DNA of 64,000 bases from Sphagnum compactum (Eukaryota), in contig OZ234493.1 of NCBI GenBank assembly GCA_965153455.1, positions 496,001 through 560,000 of the forward strand, written 5' to 3'. Below, piece by piece: positions 25,301 to 38,120 of this stretch. The notes under the pieces were generated by a model. That model worked only from the letters and a program-made list of their open reading frames with translations. It was not told the origin of the DNA and searched no databases. The stretch's first letter is position 1; each line of letters begins with the position of its first letter. Both the position numbers and the translations under genes were made by a program.

Positions 25301-27943
25301 GACAGGCCACAAATATTATTAGAGCTAATTCAGATCCAACAGCATATTGTCAAACAGGGAAAAGAGCAAACCTTAATGCCAAAAGACAGAAATTAGAGGA
25401 CACGTGATTCATCACAAGGACAGATCTTTCCTCCTTCCCTTCCCCTTACATCTCTCTAAAGGAACAATTCCTGTTTGCACAAATATGTTGGCTGTACAAA
25501 CAACCAAAATTTCTTGAACAACTGAGGTGTGCATTTTACCTATTTGCCTGCCTTATTTGCACCCTCATTCATTATCAAGAGTTCCACATTTTAGGTTCTT
25601 CTAGGGTTCAGGGGCATATCTAAGCACTAGGTTGTAAAACTTTCAAGCCTTTACAAGAGAAAAGTACCTGCAGTAGATGAAGGCTGCAACTTCAGGTAGT
25701 CGTGCAATCAGATTCATGGCATCCTCATAAATGGGTTCCCAGTACCTGCCAACATAGAATGGTCATTTGAGTAAACAAAAATGAGGCCTCTGTGTTCCTA
25801 AAGTTCAAACTGCAATTGGTCACAAGTAAGCAAAACTTGAATGAGATGCTTCCCACAGAAAATCAGTCAACTTATGCTCACTTGGTCTTATGAATTCCTG
25901 TTTCATAAGCTTTTGCAAACTCACTTTCAGTCTGCATACATCCAATTGCAATGATACTGTCAGAAACATAAAGTAAGAATGAAAGGGAAGTTTAAATACA
26001 TTGACCACCTTTACAAGCCCCATGCAAATGATCTAAAAAGCTGCAACAGGAATATGATCGAGGAAAAAAGAGAACTTTGGATGTGCACCTGCAGAGCCAT
26101 GACACCAGCTGTCAATTGTGTCATTGGATGAGCAGTCACAGGGAATGCATTTATCACATCAAATACATGACCTGGAGGGAAATACACCATGATTAATTTA
26201 CATGTAGTTTGCTAGGTTTTTTAATGAAATCAAAAAATCTGACACAATACATACTTTCATCCCTGTAGTGGTAAGCAACTGAGCCATGATGTTCCCACCT
26301 GGCACTTTGGAGCGGGATCGTAAATCAGCAGTGACTGTGTCAACTTGCTCCTTAGTGGGCACCTGAAATTTCAAAAACAATTCAGAAGTGAAGGAATGAT
26401 TGAGTACTCGTCTCCACTTCAAACAGAACTTGAAAGATCGTGACATGGAATTAGCAACAATCGCAACAGTGAGCCCAATAATCATAGCAAAGCCTAGAGC
26501 ATGGCTTAAGAAACAATTCTACAAGTTGATATGCAGACTGACTGGCCTTTAGTAGAAGTACACGGATCTGTATATTTGGAGGTTATACTCCTCCACAAAC
26601 ATGTATATGGTGGGAACCATGTCATAGAATTAGTACTACAAATAGAATAATGCTAATATGAACAAAATGGTACCTCTCCAGTGAGGAGTAACCACAGAAA
26701 ACCTTCAGGGAGTGGTTCACCTCCCTCTTTGGCTGCTGGAAGCTTAGCTTGGCACTCAGGAAGTGAAAAGCCCCTGAAGCGAATTCCCTGTAGGAACAAA
26801 ACAAATCTGTAGCCAGTACCATGAAGTTTGAAGAGATTGTGCAGAACATGAAGACACAGTACCAAGCTCATGATGAAAGAAAACTAAATGGTCATGGTGT
26901 TCGGAGTGTCACAACACTATTCAATGTGTCAAATGGGCAAATTACTGATAAATACTATGTCTTCTTGGATGCGTTGATCCTAGAAATGCATCTTCAGAAA
27001 AGCAGAGGGCAAACGAAAAGACATTATTCTGAAAATGGAGATAGCTTCTACTGAGATGCAACTGATGTCTCAAATTTGGTGGCAAATATATGGGGAAATG
27101 CCTCATCAGGATCTAGCAGTGAGGCCTCCCAAAGCAGGCCATTGATGCCCCTCATTCCTCCAATGGCCTGTCAAACTCCCACCAACATGCAATCCCCATC
27201 TTCAGAGGCAACAGGAAAACACCAACCTTGATTCTATTAGGCTCTTACCTTTCTGTTCCACTTTGATTTACAGTTAACAGTTACAATGGTATAGTCCAAG
27301 GTCAAAAATCTGGATAGGTGATCCAGGAAGGGTTTTACAGTTTATAGAATTTTTTGTCAAATACTTTACAACTGTTGTTTGGCTTAGAGTTTAGCATCTT
27401 CACTATCAGCAATTTTCTGAAAGAACTTATGGACAGGAGAGCACTGTGTAACATACCATGTCAACAGTGGTATCTCCTAAAGAGACTTTGCCATAATTTT
27501 TCTTTATCTCCTTTAGCCGTTCCTGTTTAGAGTCCTTCACATTAGCTCTCTAAATGACCAACACACCACAGAAGGCTGGTTCAAGATTTAGGCCAAATGA
27601 CTTTTAGAGTGCATTTCTCAATATTAATAAAACTCGCATTTAAATGCAAAATAAATGGGACTCTAACCCGCTGTAATGGGACCAACTCTTCAAGCCGTGA
27701 TCGCAAGTCCTGCAGAGAAGCAATAGCACGAAGAAAACCCTTAACTGTAGCACAAATAGTGCCAAGTTCAAAACACAGATAGCTCATGAGAGCAGTGACA
27801 TTGATAGTGGGGCTTTGTACATAAAATCATATAAGTTGTATTTCCATTACCGCAGTGACTTTAGTAACAGTAGTCTGGTATGACCGACCATATCTGGCTG
27901 CATGTCCAGCCTTCTTTGCTTCCTCCAACAAGACTTCTGCTCC
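22322..27943 (-). CDS. CSY4: Citrate synthase, mitochondrial/eukaryotic type (CSY4/CSY5-like); at least 18 exons, first coding exon unresolved
   Basis: Exons spliced by hand (5'->3' on minus strand): 27943-27851 (putative), 27709-27668, 27522-27457, 27167-27102, 26787-26674, 26362-26299, 26171-26089, 25931-25882, 25745-25668, 25200-25072, 24926-24884, 24515-24429, 24272-24171, 23840-23733, 23589-23539, 23157-23084, 22940-22889, 22420-22322. Phases are consistent. Motifs [55 protein letters not shown] and [16 protein letters not shown]. Catalytic His/His/Asp present; stop TAG at 22324-22322. Confidence 0.96.
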
Positions 27944-29505
27944 CTAAAAGACTTGATTTGTAATCTGTGCCACCACATCATATGTCCCAGATATCTTGGA
28001 TTCTAGCATAATTTGACTGACTTATTTCAGATCTTGTGCCAATGAAATTGGCACTTCCTCGTTTGGATTTGAGGCTGTTTTGTGTGGATTGGAGGACTTG
28101 AGTTTGATGCAATTAACAACAGTATGAATCCAATGTCAGACAGTAAGACTGCAAATTTACAGAACAAATCCAGCTTGCGGTCTGTTGCAGCAAACAATGA
28201 CCATCCATAGATGACTGACCGTGAAGGATTTTGACTTGCACTTTTCCTGGTAGGCCTAGAAAATATGCAACACAGCCAGCACCAATTTGAGAAGAATAAC
28301 TAAAACCCAAAATCTCAGAAGATACAGTAGATAGTAGCCTAACCTCGCTGTCAAGTGGAATTGTGACACAAAAATGGAGACAGAAAGATGATGAGAATGC
28401 AAGCCTAAAAAATTGATGACAAGAAAGGAAGTCCATGAACTATGATAGGCAATTACTATGACGATCTTTGCCTTGATTGATAACAAGCACCCTAATTCAG
28501 GTGTAACCGGAACAAAACAAAACCCGGTCAATGATCGCCGGGGGCAACAAGTGCAGTTTGCTTCCACAATTCCAGAATCACGAAGGAATTGAACAGCAAG
28601 GAGCTTTGAATCTCCTGTTAGGAATCAACTTGCAGACTGACGCTCATAGCCTCAGTTAAAAGATAAAGAGGCGACAACCCCCCGGAGAGAGCGAAGCAAG
28701 AAACGAAGATGGAAAGCTAGACAGACAGACACAAGAGAGTATATATACGATCCTTGAAGGCAAACGAGGTATGCGAATTATCTATCAATCATGAGAAGAG
28801 AAGCAAAAAAATCCTTTGTTATGCGTGAAATTTGCATTCTAAATTAGGAAAAACACAAAAAAAAAGGCACAAGAAAGCGTACTGGAGCCATGACGATGAA
28901 GAAGGAGCTGCAAAACAAAAAGCTTGAAAACCACGGCTCCAGTTCGATGCTCTCCAACAAAACAAACTCGGAAAACAACTGCGGCACGCTTTCTCGCAAG
29001 AGGAGCCAAACTCCTCATCTCAACAACGAATCCCTTCAAAAAGCGCCTGGTATGGAATCCCTGCATTCTCGCATCGATTCCTTGTTTACATCGATTTCCT
29101 TGTTGACATTACAACAAAAAAAACAACAATTTAAACATAAAATGTCTCAAGTTTTTCAACCTGCTCTTCCGCCCCCGGTCCACAATTTGCCTAAAGAAAA
29201 AGTGTCCGGTTTCTCACCGCCATTTCTCATTAAATTTGCATCAATGAGAGAATTAACAGGGAACAAATGCGGCCTAATACTAATAATCCTTTTGCAGGAG
29301 GGAGGGACAAGATCAGAGAGAAACATTTATGCGCGCAGGCCCAAGAGACACACGCAAAGAAAAGAAGAGGAAAGAAAGAAAGGGAAGAAGATCGGAGCGC
29401 CATCTCCATCTTGCAACCACAAGTAGCTGGGCCATGAACTCAAACCGGACCGCAAACTAGACCACAACCGGACCGCTTACAGACCTTAACTGGACCGTAT
29501 TCAGA

Positions 29506-29672
29506 CCATGAGCATTATGGTCTGGGGTGGCAGATTATAATGTCATTTTCCTGACCACATTATATGGCATAATCTTCCAATGATGATCATACACTCTCAA
29601 TAGTGACCAAACTGTGTGTCTATTGAACATGATTCTTTTTGGAATCTGCCACCCCAGACCTTAATCTCGTGG
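29506..29672. mobile_element. Small MITE-like element with about 30-bp inverted termini
   Basis: CCATGAGCATTATGGTCTGGGGTGGCAGATT (from 29506) pairs with AATCTGCCACCCCAGACCTTAATCTCGTGG (29643-29672). An isolated arm also occurs at 21216-21230. Confidence 0.7.
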
Positions 29673-29860
29673 AATGGTCAAGCCCCTGCCCATTATGTTG
29701 GGTAAGGTGCCAGGTGAGCCCATGAAGGCCACCTAGGCTAAACCCAACATATGGTCTCACCCTTGTCCATTCTGTTGGGTGAGTTTAGCCTAGGTTGGTC
29801 GCCTTTCCGGGCTTGCCTGGCACATTACCCAACATAATGGGCACGGGCTTGACCATTCCA
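29670..29860. repeat. 191-nt foldback (hairpin/MITE-like) element
   Basis: TGGAATGGTCAAGCCCCTGCCCATTATGTTGGGTAAGGTGCCAGG pairs nearly perfectly with CCTGGCACATTACCCAACATAATGGGCACGGGCTTGACCATTCCA. The inner CCTAGGCTAAAC/GTTTAGCCTAGG also pair. Confidence 0.85.
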
Positions 29861-31961
29861 TTGTACATAACCAGACCCTGACCTAATTGTAATTGGATGT
29901 TTTTGTATGGTTGATTTCTCCCAATTTTGAGCACATTGATTTCCCCCTAAAATAGTGCATCACACCATTGGAAATAAAGCTACAAACAATCGTGTACCAA
30001 TTGTTCACTTCTATTCATTTCAATTATTCAAAACATTAGGAATTTTCTCACTATTAACATGTGTGTGATACATGAACTTCCAGCTTTCTTATAACTTTTA
30101 ATTCCTAGTGCAATAGTGTTGAGTCTTGTAGCACAAGAGTCAACATTAAAAGAATCAAAAGGAGTTTCAAAAATAAAGGAGTGTCATTTGATAATCTACA
30201 CAAGGCTTAAAATGAGATGTGATCGACAAGTTTCTACATAGTCATAGGGTCAAGCAAGTATCTAGTCCACATGTTGGAAGAAGATCAAAGAGAGTTTATT
30301 TTTGTAAATGTTAACATGTTCCATAACATCACACCTTGAAATTCACACTAAGAATCTACACATAAAAGAAAGATCTAAACTTTGTGTTTGGGGGGAGGGG
30401 GGGGGGAGGGAGGGGTCCAAATGAACTTTTGAGATTTTGTATAATACAATTTCTTCTATTGAAACATTACCATTCCAAACATACTTTGACCTAACACGCT
30501 TCTTGATTTTATATTTATGTAAAGAAAGAAAAAAAAACCTCTTGTAGGAGTTTAGCATACATCCCTTAATTGTTGGAGGTTGGGACCAAGAAGATTGGGG
30601 TTAATATAATGTTCAATGTGCTTCACAAGTGAGGAAATAATATGTTAGACCATCTAGCTATGGATAAGGAAAATTGTTAAGGGGGTAGGATGAGTATATG
30701 GTTTGGATGAACAAAGCATTGGATAGGGATTGATCATGGGACATTGTTAGTTTGAATTTAAAATTTTTTTTCTTTTTGGAACCATGATGATGTGATTTGG
30801 GACTACCCAAAAGGGAGAGTTCTAGGAAGAAGGAAGGGGATTCTTAAACACGATTTTGGGAAGAATAAGAATAGCTCTAGATACTTTATAGTAGAAAAAT
30901 TACAGATTTTGTTTTGAATATACCACAGATTTTATTTTGCTATTTTGATTTCATTTTCACAGAACATGGAATTTTGTTCTAATTTAAAGAGAATTTTTTT
31001 CAATAAAACAAAGAAGTACAGACTTTTGTAACGATTTCCATATCCATATTGTTGTGTGAATTTTCTATAGTATCAAAAGTGTAATGTAATGAATTGTAAT
31101 TTTGTTGTTTGGAGATTCTGGTTATATGAAATAACCATGAATTCGATGTTTTAATGATTTCATGGAATTTGAAGTTCAAAAACAAGAATAATAGATGCTA
31201 ATGTATTGGGAACAGAATACAAGTGGACTTTAGGCAGAAGATTCTAATATGAAGTTGGAAGATGAAGACTATGACATATAAAAACCACAGATATGGAGTA
31301 ATGAAAATGAAGAACAAATGCAGGATCCTATGGTCAACACAATATTGATTGTGGAATTACATATGGTTAAAAAATCCATGCATAATAACTGCAAAAGTGA
31401 AGGATTTGGGAAGCAAATATTTGAAGATGAGCTATTAGGGGTATTGTTTGAATCAGTAGAAGTATTCGCTCAATCATTAAGGGTATTCACACAAACATTA
31501 GATTTAGTCATAGAGTCAACAGAAACATTGGTACAATCAGCAAATGTATTACCATAGTTAACAAATGAATTAACACAGTCAATAGATAAATGGACACAAT
31601 CAGCAGAAGGCATATACGGTGAACAAAGTGGACTCAGTATAGTTAGTGTAAGGAGATTAGGGGTGTGGACTTATTGGAAGATCAAATCTAAGGTGTTCAT
31701 TCACAATGATGACACGAAGTGTTTCCACGTGGTTGTACAAGGGACACAAAAAATGGTAGTGATGGGTTGTATTAATTTCAAGGATTGGGCGTTAATTAAA
31801 AGACGGCATGCACGTAAAAAAATGGACAGGACAAATGAGAAGTTCAAGAACGAAAAAAAAAAAAAGTAATTGTTGAAAGTTGTTTTTGTTTGTCGTTGTA
31901 AGCTATTAACGTTTTTTAAGTTCTGGAATTCACAACAGCATGAGTGTAGAGAGTGCAATTG

Positions 31962-33036
31962 CACTACTACAAAAATGGGGTGTAAATCATTAACCTAAAT
32001 CATTATAGGACCTTAAAAGTGAAATAAATTCATTGCACTTTAATGATTTCACCCTGGTTAAAGTTATTTCACTATAATGTCATTATGTAAGCACTATGTT
32101 TCACTACTAGTTGACATAATTCACTATTATAATTTATTTTGGTAAGTAGGTTTATTTTTATGTTGTTGTTTTAAATCCCCTATGCTACTTTATAATATAT
32201 CTTATATTATTTTAGGTTATTTTAATTATTCTAACTTATACCATGAATTATTATAAGTTATTATAAACTATTATAAATTATAATACCTTAAATTATAATA
32301 GATTATTCTATCTTAAGGTATCCAAGTTAGCTTAATATAATTTTTTTACTTTAAGTTATTTTAAGTTAAACTATTAAATTAACCTTAAGTTATACCTTAG
32401 GTTATTTATTTTAAGTTAATATATTTTATTTCAAGTTATACTTTAGGTTATTCAAGGTCATTATACTTTATGTTATTATAAGTTATTTTATCCTAAATAT
32501 AACAATTTAAAATAATTTAAAATATAACGTAATGACTTAATGTAAAATAACCTAGAATAACTAATAAGAGCCTATGAAAAATAATTTAGAATAGCCTACA
32601 ATAAAATAACTACCAATAACCTATGATAATATAGCCTAGATATCCAACAATAATTTATAATAGAATAACTATCAATAATCATTATATAACCTAGAATAAC
32701 AAAAAATAACTACTAATAAAATAACCATCAATAAACATTAATAGAATAGCCATTAACAACCACCAATAGAATAACCATCAATAGCCACCAATAAGATAAC
32801 CACCAATAGCTTACAATAAAATAATCACCAATAACCATTAATAGAATAACCATCAATAACCTATGGTAATTTAGCCACCAATAACCACCAATAACCATTA
32901 ATAAAATAATTCCACCAATAACCATTACAAAAATAATTTCACCAATAGCCACCAATAAAATAACTACTAATAACCATTAATAGAATAACCACCAATAACC
33001 ATAATAAAATAGCCACTAATAACCACCGGTAAAATA
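31962..33036. mobile_element. Left part of a non-autonomous CACTA-like element carrying an AATAACC satellite
   Basis: Canonical terminus CACTACTACAAAAA at 31962, then an AT-rich body with (AATAACC/CCACCAAT)n. Interrupted at 33037 and resumes at 35280. Right end not established. Confidence 0.55.
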
Positions 33037-35279
33037 CACTAATAAACATTCTGGGTTTTGTAATTATCGTTTGTAACTAAAATTTAGTTGTTGCGACACA
33101 TGTAACTACAAATTTGTGTAATTACCTAAAACAAGTTACACATGACATTTAGTTGCATGCAACACTACGTATGCAACATGTATATATGGTGTTAATGTAC
33201 ATGTTCATCCAACATACCAATCCAAATGTAGTTGCACCTTATGTGCAATTCTCCTTGCAACTACAATGCAACTAATCAAAATATGACATGTGTTTAAAAA
33301 TTGAACAATTAGCTTGTGGACACTGCATTATTAAATTATTTTTGTGTTTTCAAAATTAAAAGTTCATTGGATTAATTTCAATCATTCAAGTTTTTGCCAC
33401 TAAGATGATGACACATGGCACACCATGAATAGTTCATTGATCGTTTGACAAGTGTCCATTTTTATTTTTTAAAACACCAATTACATGATGACATGTGGCA
33501 ATTAAGGCCCACCATTTTTAATTTTTAAATACTAATTAATAATTTAAGTCGTCCTATTTATGGCTAATAAGATGTTAACACATGTTGCTTATGTAGGTAG
33601 GCAATTATTAAACCCTATTAGGTAGGTAGGTTTACTTAGGTTTGTAAGTAAGTTGAAATAAAGGTAGGTAATCCGATTTTATTTTTGGGATTAACCATTT
33701 CATAAATGTCAAGTTATTTTTATTCACTCATCCCTAATGGCACTTGATATTTGGTTATTACATAGCTATTGCTCCTAGTTATATATTGAACCAAATAGAA
33801 TTGGAAGCCAAAGGATATGGGATAAAAAATTCCTTTGCAAACCTCATGAACCAACTTAGTTACACATTAAATGCAATTATTATAATAAAGTATAGCAACC
33901 AAGAGAGGGTTCTGTTGCTTCTGGTGTTCAAACAAAACTTGAAGCCCTCATCTTGGCGCATCTAACACACTAAGAATTGTCAAAAATGGATTAAAAATGA
34001 GAAAGTTATGCCCCCCCCCAATAAAGGGGGTCAAAAACTCAAAAAAACACACCATTGAACACTACAAAGGCCGGTTCTTAAACACCCAAAAAGTTCTTTT
34101 AATGTTGTTTTGTTGCTATTAAAATTCTAAAATGATTTATAGAACTTCAAGTGGCGCTCCTATAGCATTTTAAATCATTTAAAATGAATAAGAAATAAGA
34201 AAGTTATGAGGTTTCAAAGTAAAAGGGGTCCAAAGAAAAGAAAAAAGAAAACATTTTGTAATTTGGAAAACTTATTTTTCTTATTTTTCTTTTTGTTAAT
34301 TTTTGATTACTCATTTTCTTTTGCACTTCAAAGACGATTATATGATATTTTTAATGATTACTTAATGAAAATATGATTTTAGTATTATTATGTAGCTTAA
34401 AGTAATAATTAGCTTAAGATGTTTATGTACTTATAGGTTAATTTGTGTAGCCTATTTACATTAATATTTAACATAAATAATAAAATTTAAATATATAATA
34501 CCTATTGATTATAAATATATATATAATTGATGAGCATTATAATTATAATAAAATTTTAATTAATAATTATGATTATTTATAATAAATTTTAGTATTATCA
34601 TATTAATTGATTCTAAATCATTTTTGTTTGATCAAATTTACATTTTTTGAAAAAGATTCCAAATAAAAAATAATAAAATAAAACAATTTTACTTCCAAAA
34701 ATAATTTACATATATTTGACAAATAAAATTTACAAACTTACAATACATATTTAAACCATGGTTTAGTTTAACTTAATTTATTTTAGCATAATTTAGTTTC
34801 GCCATAATTAATTTAACCATAATATATTTTAGCCATAAATAGTTTAGCCTAACTTAATTTAGTCATAATTGATTTGGCCTAATTTAATTTAGCCATATTT
34901 AATTTAACCATAATTATTTTAGCCTACTAAATTTAGCCTAATTTAGCCATGGTTATTTTAGCCTAGATTAATTAGGTTAGCTTAAATTAACATGGGGTTG
35001 ACCTTAATACTTAAGGTACATAATATTATTATACATAGCTTATGTAAATATATTAAGTATAGTAATTTAAGTATGTATAAGTTTAAGCCATTCTTTTTAT
35101 GACACATGTCCATGTTGTACACATTTAATTGCACATTAGTTGCACACACAACTGTATGGCTGAAAATTTATATAATACCAATTTGTAGTTACAAACATGA
35201 CCGAGATAGTTGCAAATGATATCTAATTGCATGATAGTTGCATAGTGATTGGTTGCAAACAACAAGATTTCTAATAGTG
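33037..35279. mobile_element. Non-autonomous CACTA (En/Spm) element with 3-bp TSD ATA
   Basis: ATA|CACTAATAAACATTCT ... AGATTTCTAATAGTG|ATA. Subterminal GTTGCA/GCAACTA repeats. The satellite continues on both sides. Internal segment about 33900-34240 is the reverse complement of about 47430-47760. Confidence 0.85.
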
Positions 35280-35599
35280 ATAACCATTAATAACCATCAA
35301 TAGCCATTAATAAAATAACCATTGATAACCACCAATAGAATAAGTACCAGTAGTCATTAATACCCACCATTAAAATAGCTACCAATAACCATTAATAGAA
35401 TAGCCATTAATAGCCACCAATATAGTAGCCACCAATAGAATAACCACAAATAGCCTATGATAATATAGCATAGAATAACCAATAAAAGCAACAAGAATTC
35501 AAAATTCAAACCCCCAAATGTCCAATGGTTTATAATCCATAATGCCTTGTAAGTCCAAAAACTAAGTAATTTACCTATTCGTTTAACACACATCGAACA

Positions 35600-36890
35600 T
35601 CAAAATACGATCTATTTGTCAAATATCACATTTAGTTGCAGTAGTTCAAATAGTTAGCTAGTGACATTTCATGGGGTGAAGTAGCATTCACATGTGAATT
35701 GGCATACGAGGAGTCTTCACTTTAATACATCATGGCATGAGGCCTTGGAGTGTGAAACCTTCATTAGAAACATGCATGGAAAAAAACAAGATGGGGTATG
35801 TCATAGAACTAGAGACAAACATGAGGATGAATGCATGCAAAATTTGGAACAACAAGGAGACATCGGTGGAAGAAGAAGGCCTAGGTGCCCCAAACCTTTA
35901 TTTGTTGGAGTAAAAGCTTTCATGAGGGTTGTCACAAAAATAAATGCATTCTTGATTCATGCTCTTCCTTCACCAAATGTTGAACCATGTCCACATGAAA
36001 TTCCTTCCTAGTACCAAGAATTTAAGGATGTGTTTGAGAAGAGAAATGCGAATACCTTGCCCAAGAATCAACCATACGATCGCACCATCGATCTTATGGA
36101 AGGAGTGCAACTTCCATTCGGACCCATCTATAATTTGTCACAAGATGAACTTGTAGTGCTTCATGAAATTTCAATGAGAACCTTAAGAAGGGGTTCATTT
36201 GATATTCAAAGTTTTTAGTTGACACTCCTATCCTCTTTGTCAGAAAAGAAAGATGACTATTTGCAAATGTGTGTCGATTATCGAGACTAAATCGACTCAC
36301 CACCAAGAATCAATACCTTTTTACCTTTAATCTTAAGGTTGTTGGAACAATTTAATCATGGTAAGGTGTACACCAAAACTGATTTATGTGGAGCATACTT
36401 GGTGCGCATTCAAAAAGGCAATGAATGGAAAACAATGTTCAGAACTTGTTACAACCATTTTGAATGTTGTGATGCCATTTGGTCTTAATAACGCACTTGT
36501 TGTTTTTCAACATCGGATGAATGATGTCTTTTGTGAGTATTTAGATGATTTTGGTGGTTTGTTACATCAATGACATCTTCATTTTCTCAAAGAACATGGA
36601 GGATCGTGAATGCCATGTACGTCTGGTTTTGGAGAAGCTTCGGAAGGTTGTCCAACCTATTGAAGTTGATGGTGAACATAAATATGAAGTGGAGGACATT
36701 TTGGATTCAAAGATCTCTAATCGTCAACTCAAATATATTGTTCATTAACATGGGTATGATGTGAACGAACACATTTGGGAGCCAATTAAGAACTTATCAA
36801 ATGTTATGAAAAAGGTGCATGAGTTTCATCGACAATATCCAAACAAGCCCAAGTCCATTTTTCATGGAATTCATTGTTAAAATGGGAGCT
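35600..36890 (+). mobile_element. Ty3/gypsy chromovirus (Tcn1-like) pol remnant: partial RT joined to a chromodomain
   Basis: Frameshifted EFKDVFEK...PFGPIYNLSQDEL, MCVDYR, VMPFGLNNA..VFQHRMNDVF and VVCYINDIFIFS (YxDD decayed). Then VLEKLRK runs directly into EVDGEHKYEVEDILDS...KYIVH*HGYD..EHIWEP..NL (chromodomain). Purine tract at about 36880. Confidence 0.88.
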
Positions 36891-37439
36891 GATCTCACAG
36901 ATGCCAATGCCATGGAGTGAATCTTAATTAACTTTAATTAATTTTCAGTCAACTTTTAGTTAAATCTTAGATAATTTTAAGTTAAGTTTCAATTAATTCA
37001 TAATTGACTATTAGTGAGGAAGGTTTTGAAAAAGATTTTTTACTTGATGCATACATAGAAGCCTCCTTGGAAGCTTCTTTGAGCTAGGTTCTCAAAAGGG
37101 TATAAATAGAAGTAAGACCCCTCATTTCCTTTAATTTGTTCAACATTAGTCTTAGGCATGAATTTACACCATAGCTTTGTCATGTTTTTTTCATGTTCAT
37201 GTTTGCATATGTTAACATAATAAAAATTTGTTTTCACGTTGGTCTTGCACATCTCATGTTTTTGTTTTTATTTCTTATGTTCTTATTTTTGAATCACATA
37301 ATCTTATATTGTTCCTTGTTTGAAAGTTAGATTTAAACCTCTCCTTTAACTTTTGTTCTTATGGATCTTTGTGTCTTTAACATCTGTCATGTCCAATTTA
37401 AGAACCACTTAGTCAAGGTGAAGGTCCAATGTGCACTTG

Positions 37440-38120
37440 ATACCATGGATCATAGTTCACATTCACCCTTAGTTGTAACTCCAAATTGATGTCGAGAAAT
37501 ATGTGTTGCAAAGGCATCACAAAATTGAAAGCATAAAATGTGGCTTATGAATCGATACAATGCTTCCCCCACGACAATGGGACGAACTCCACTTAAGGGT
37601 TTAGTCATGGCTAAGTGGTGAACCGTTCCAAGGATATGTGCAATTTGACATGGGATGTGACCTTGCGTCATATGGGAACAAAGTTGAAACAACTATGGGA
37701 ATCCATTTGTAGAATCTTCCGAGTGAAAACTTAGGTAATAAAAAACCATCTCAAAAAGGTTGTTTATAGATAAATGCAACATGTGTTGGAATGCTAACTT
37801 GAAAGAGTTAAATGAAAGCTTGAGGTCTTGATCGGGTTCATATTTTTCTAGGAAAAGTGGGAGGAAGCCATTTGATTGAGGATGTAAAGTATAAAGAACC
37901 GAGGTGGTATTAGAAGATGTGGGTGCAAGAGATAATGGTGCCAAAGAGAGTATTCCCCTACACATCCAAAGAATAAATTGTGGAGAAGGCATTTATGAAC
38001 TGGAGGATCGTGTTGGGGAAGAGGCATTGAGTTTAAACTTGCCGTTAGAACTTGGGCCTTTAAAAAAAATCCACCTACATGTTTTCCCAATCGCCTTCTA
38101 GAAAACACTTGAATCAAATT
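37440..38120 (-). mobile_element. Non-LTR retrotransposon RT fragment, CRE/SLACS-like
   Basis: Minus-strand translation GVRPIVVGEALYRFISHILCFQFCDAFATHISRHQFGVTTKGECE resembles the RPIAVGE...QFGV..GG.E RT signature of CRE-type LINEs. Degenerate. Confidence 0.65.

Noticed and set aside
28890-29426. 178-aa plus-strand ORF
   Set aside because: Low-complexity Lys/Gln-rich translation of the antisense of a CT/T-rich leader or intron; no domain recognised.
32728-32955. Hydrophobic 'membrane protein' ORFs (also 35357-35593)
   Set aside because: Translations of the GGTTATT satellite.
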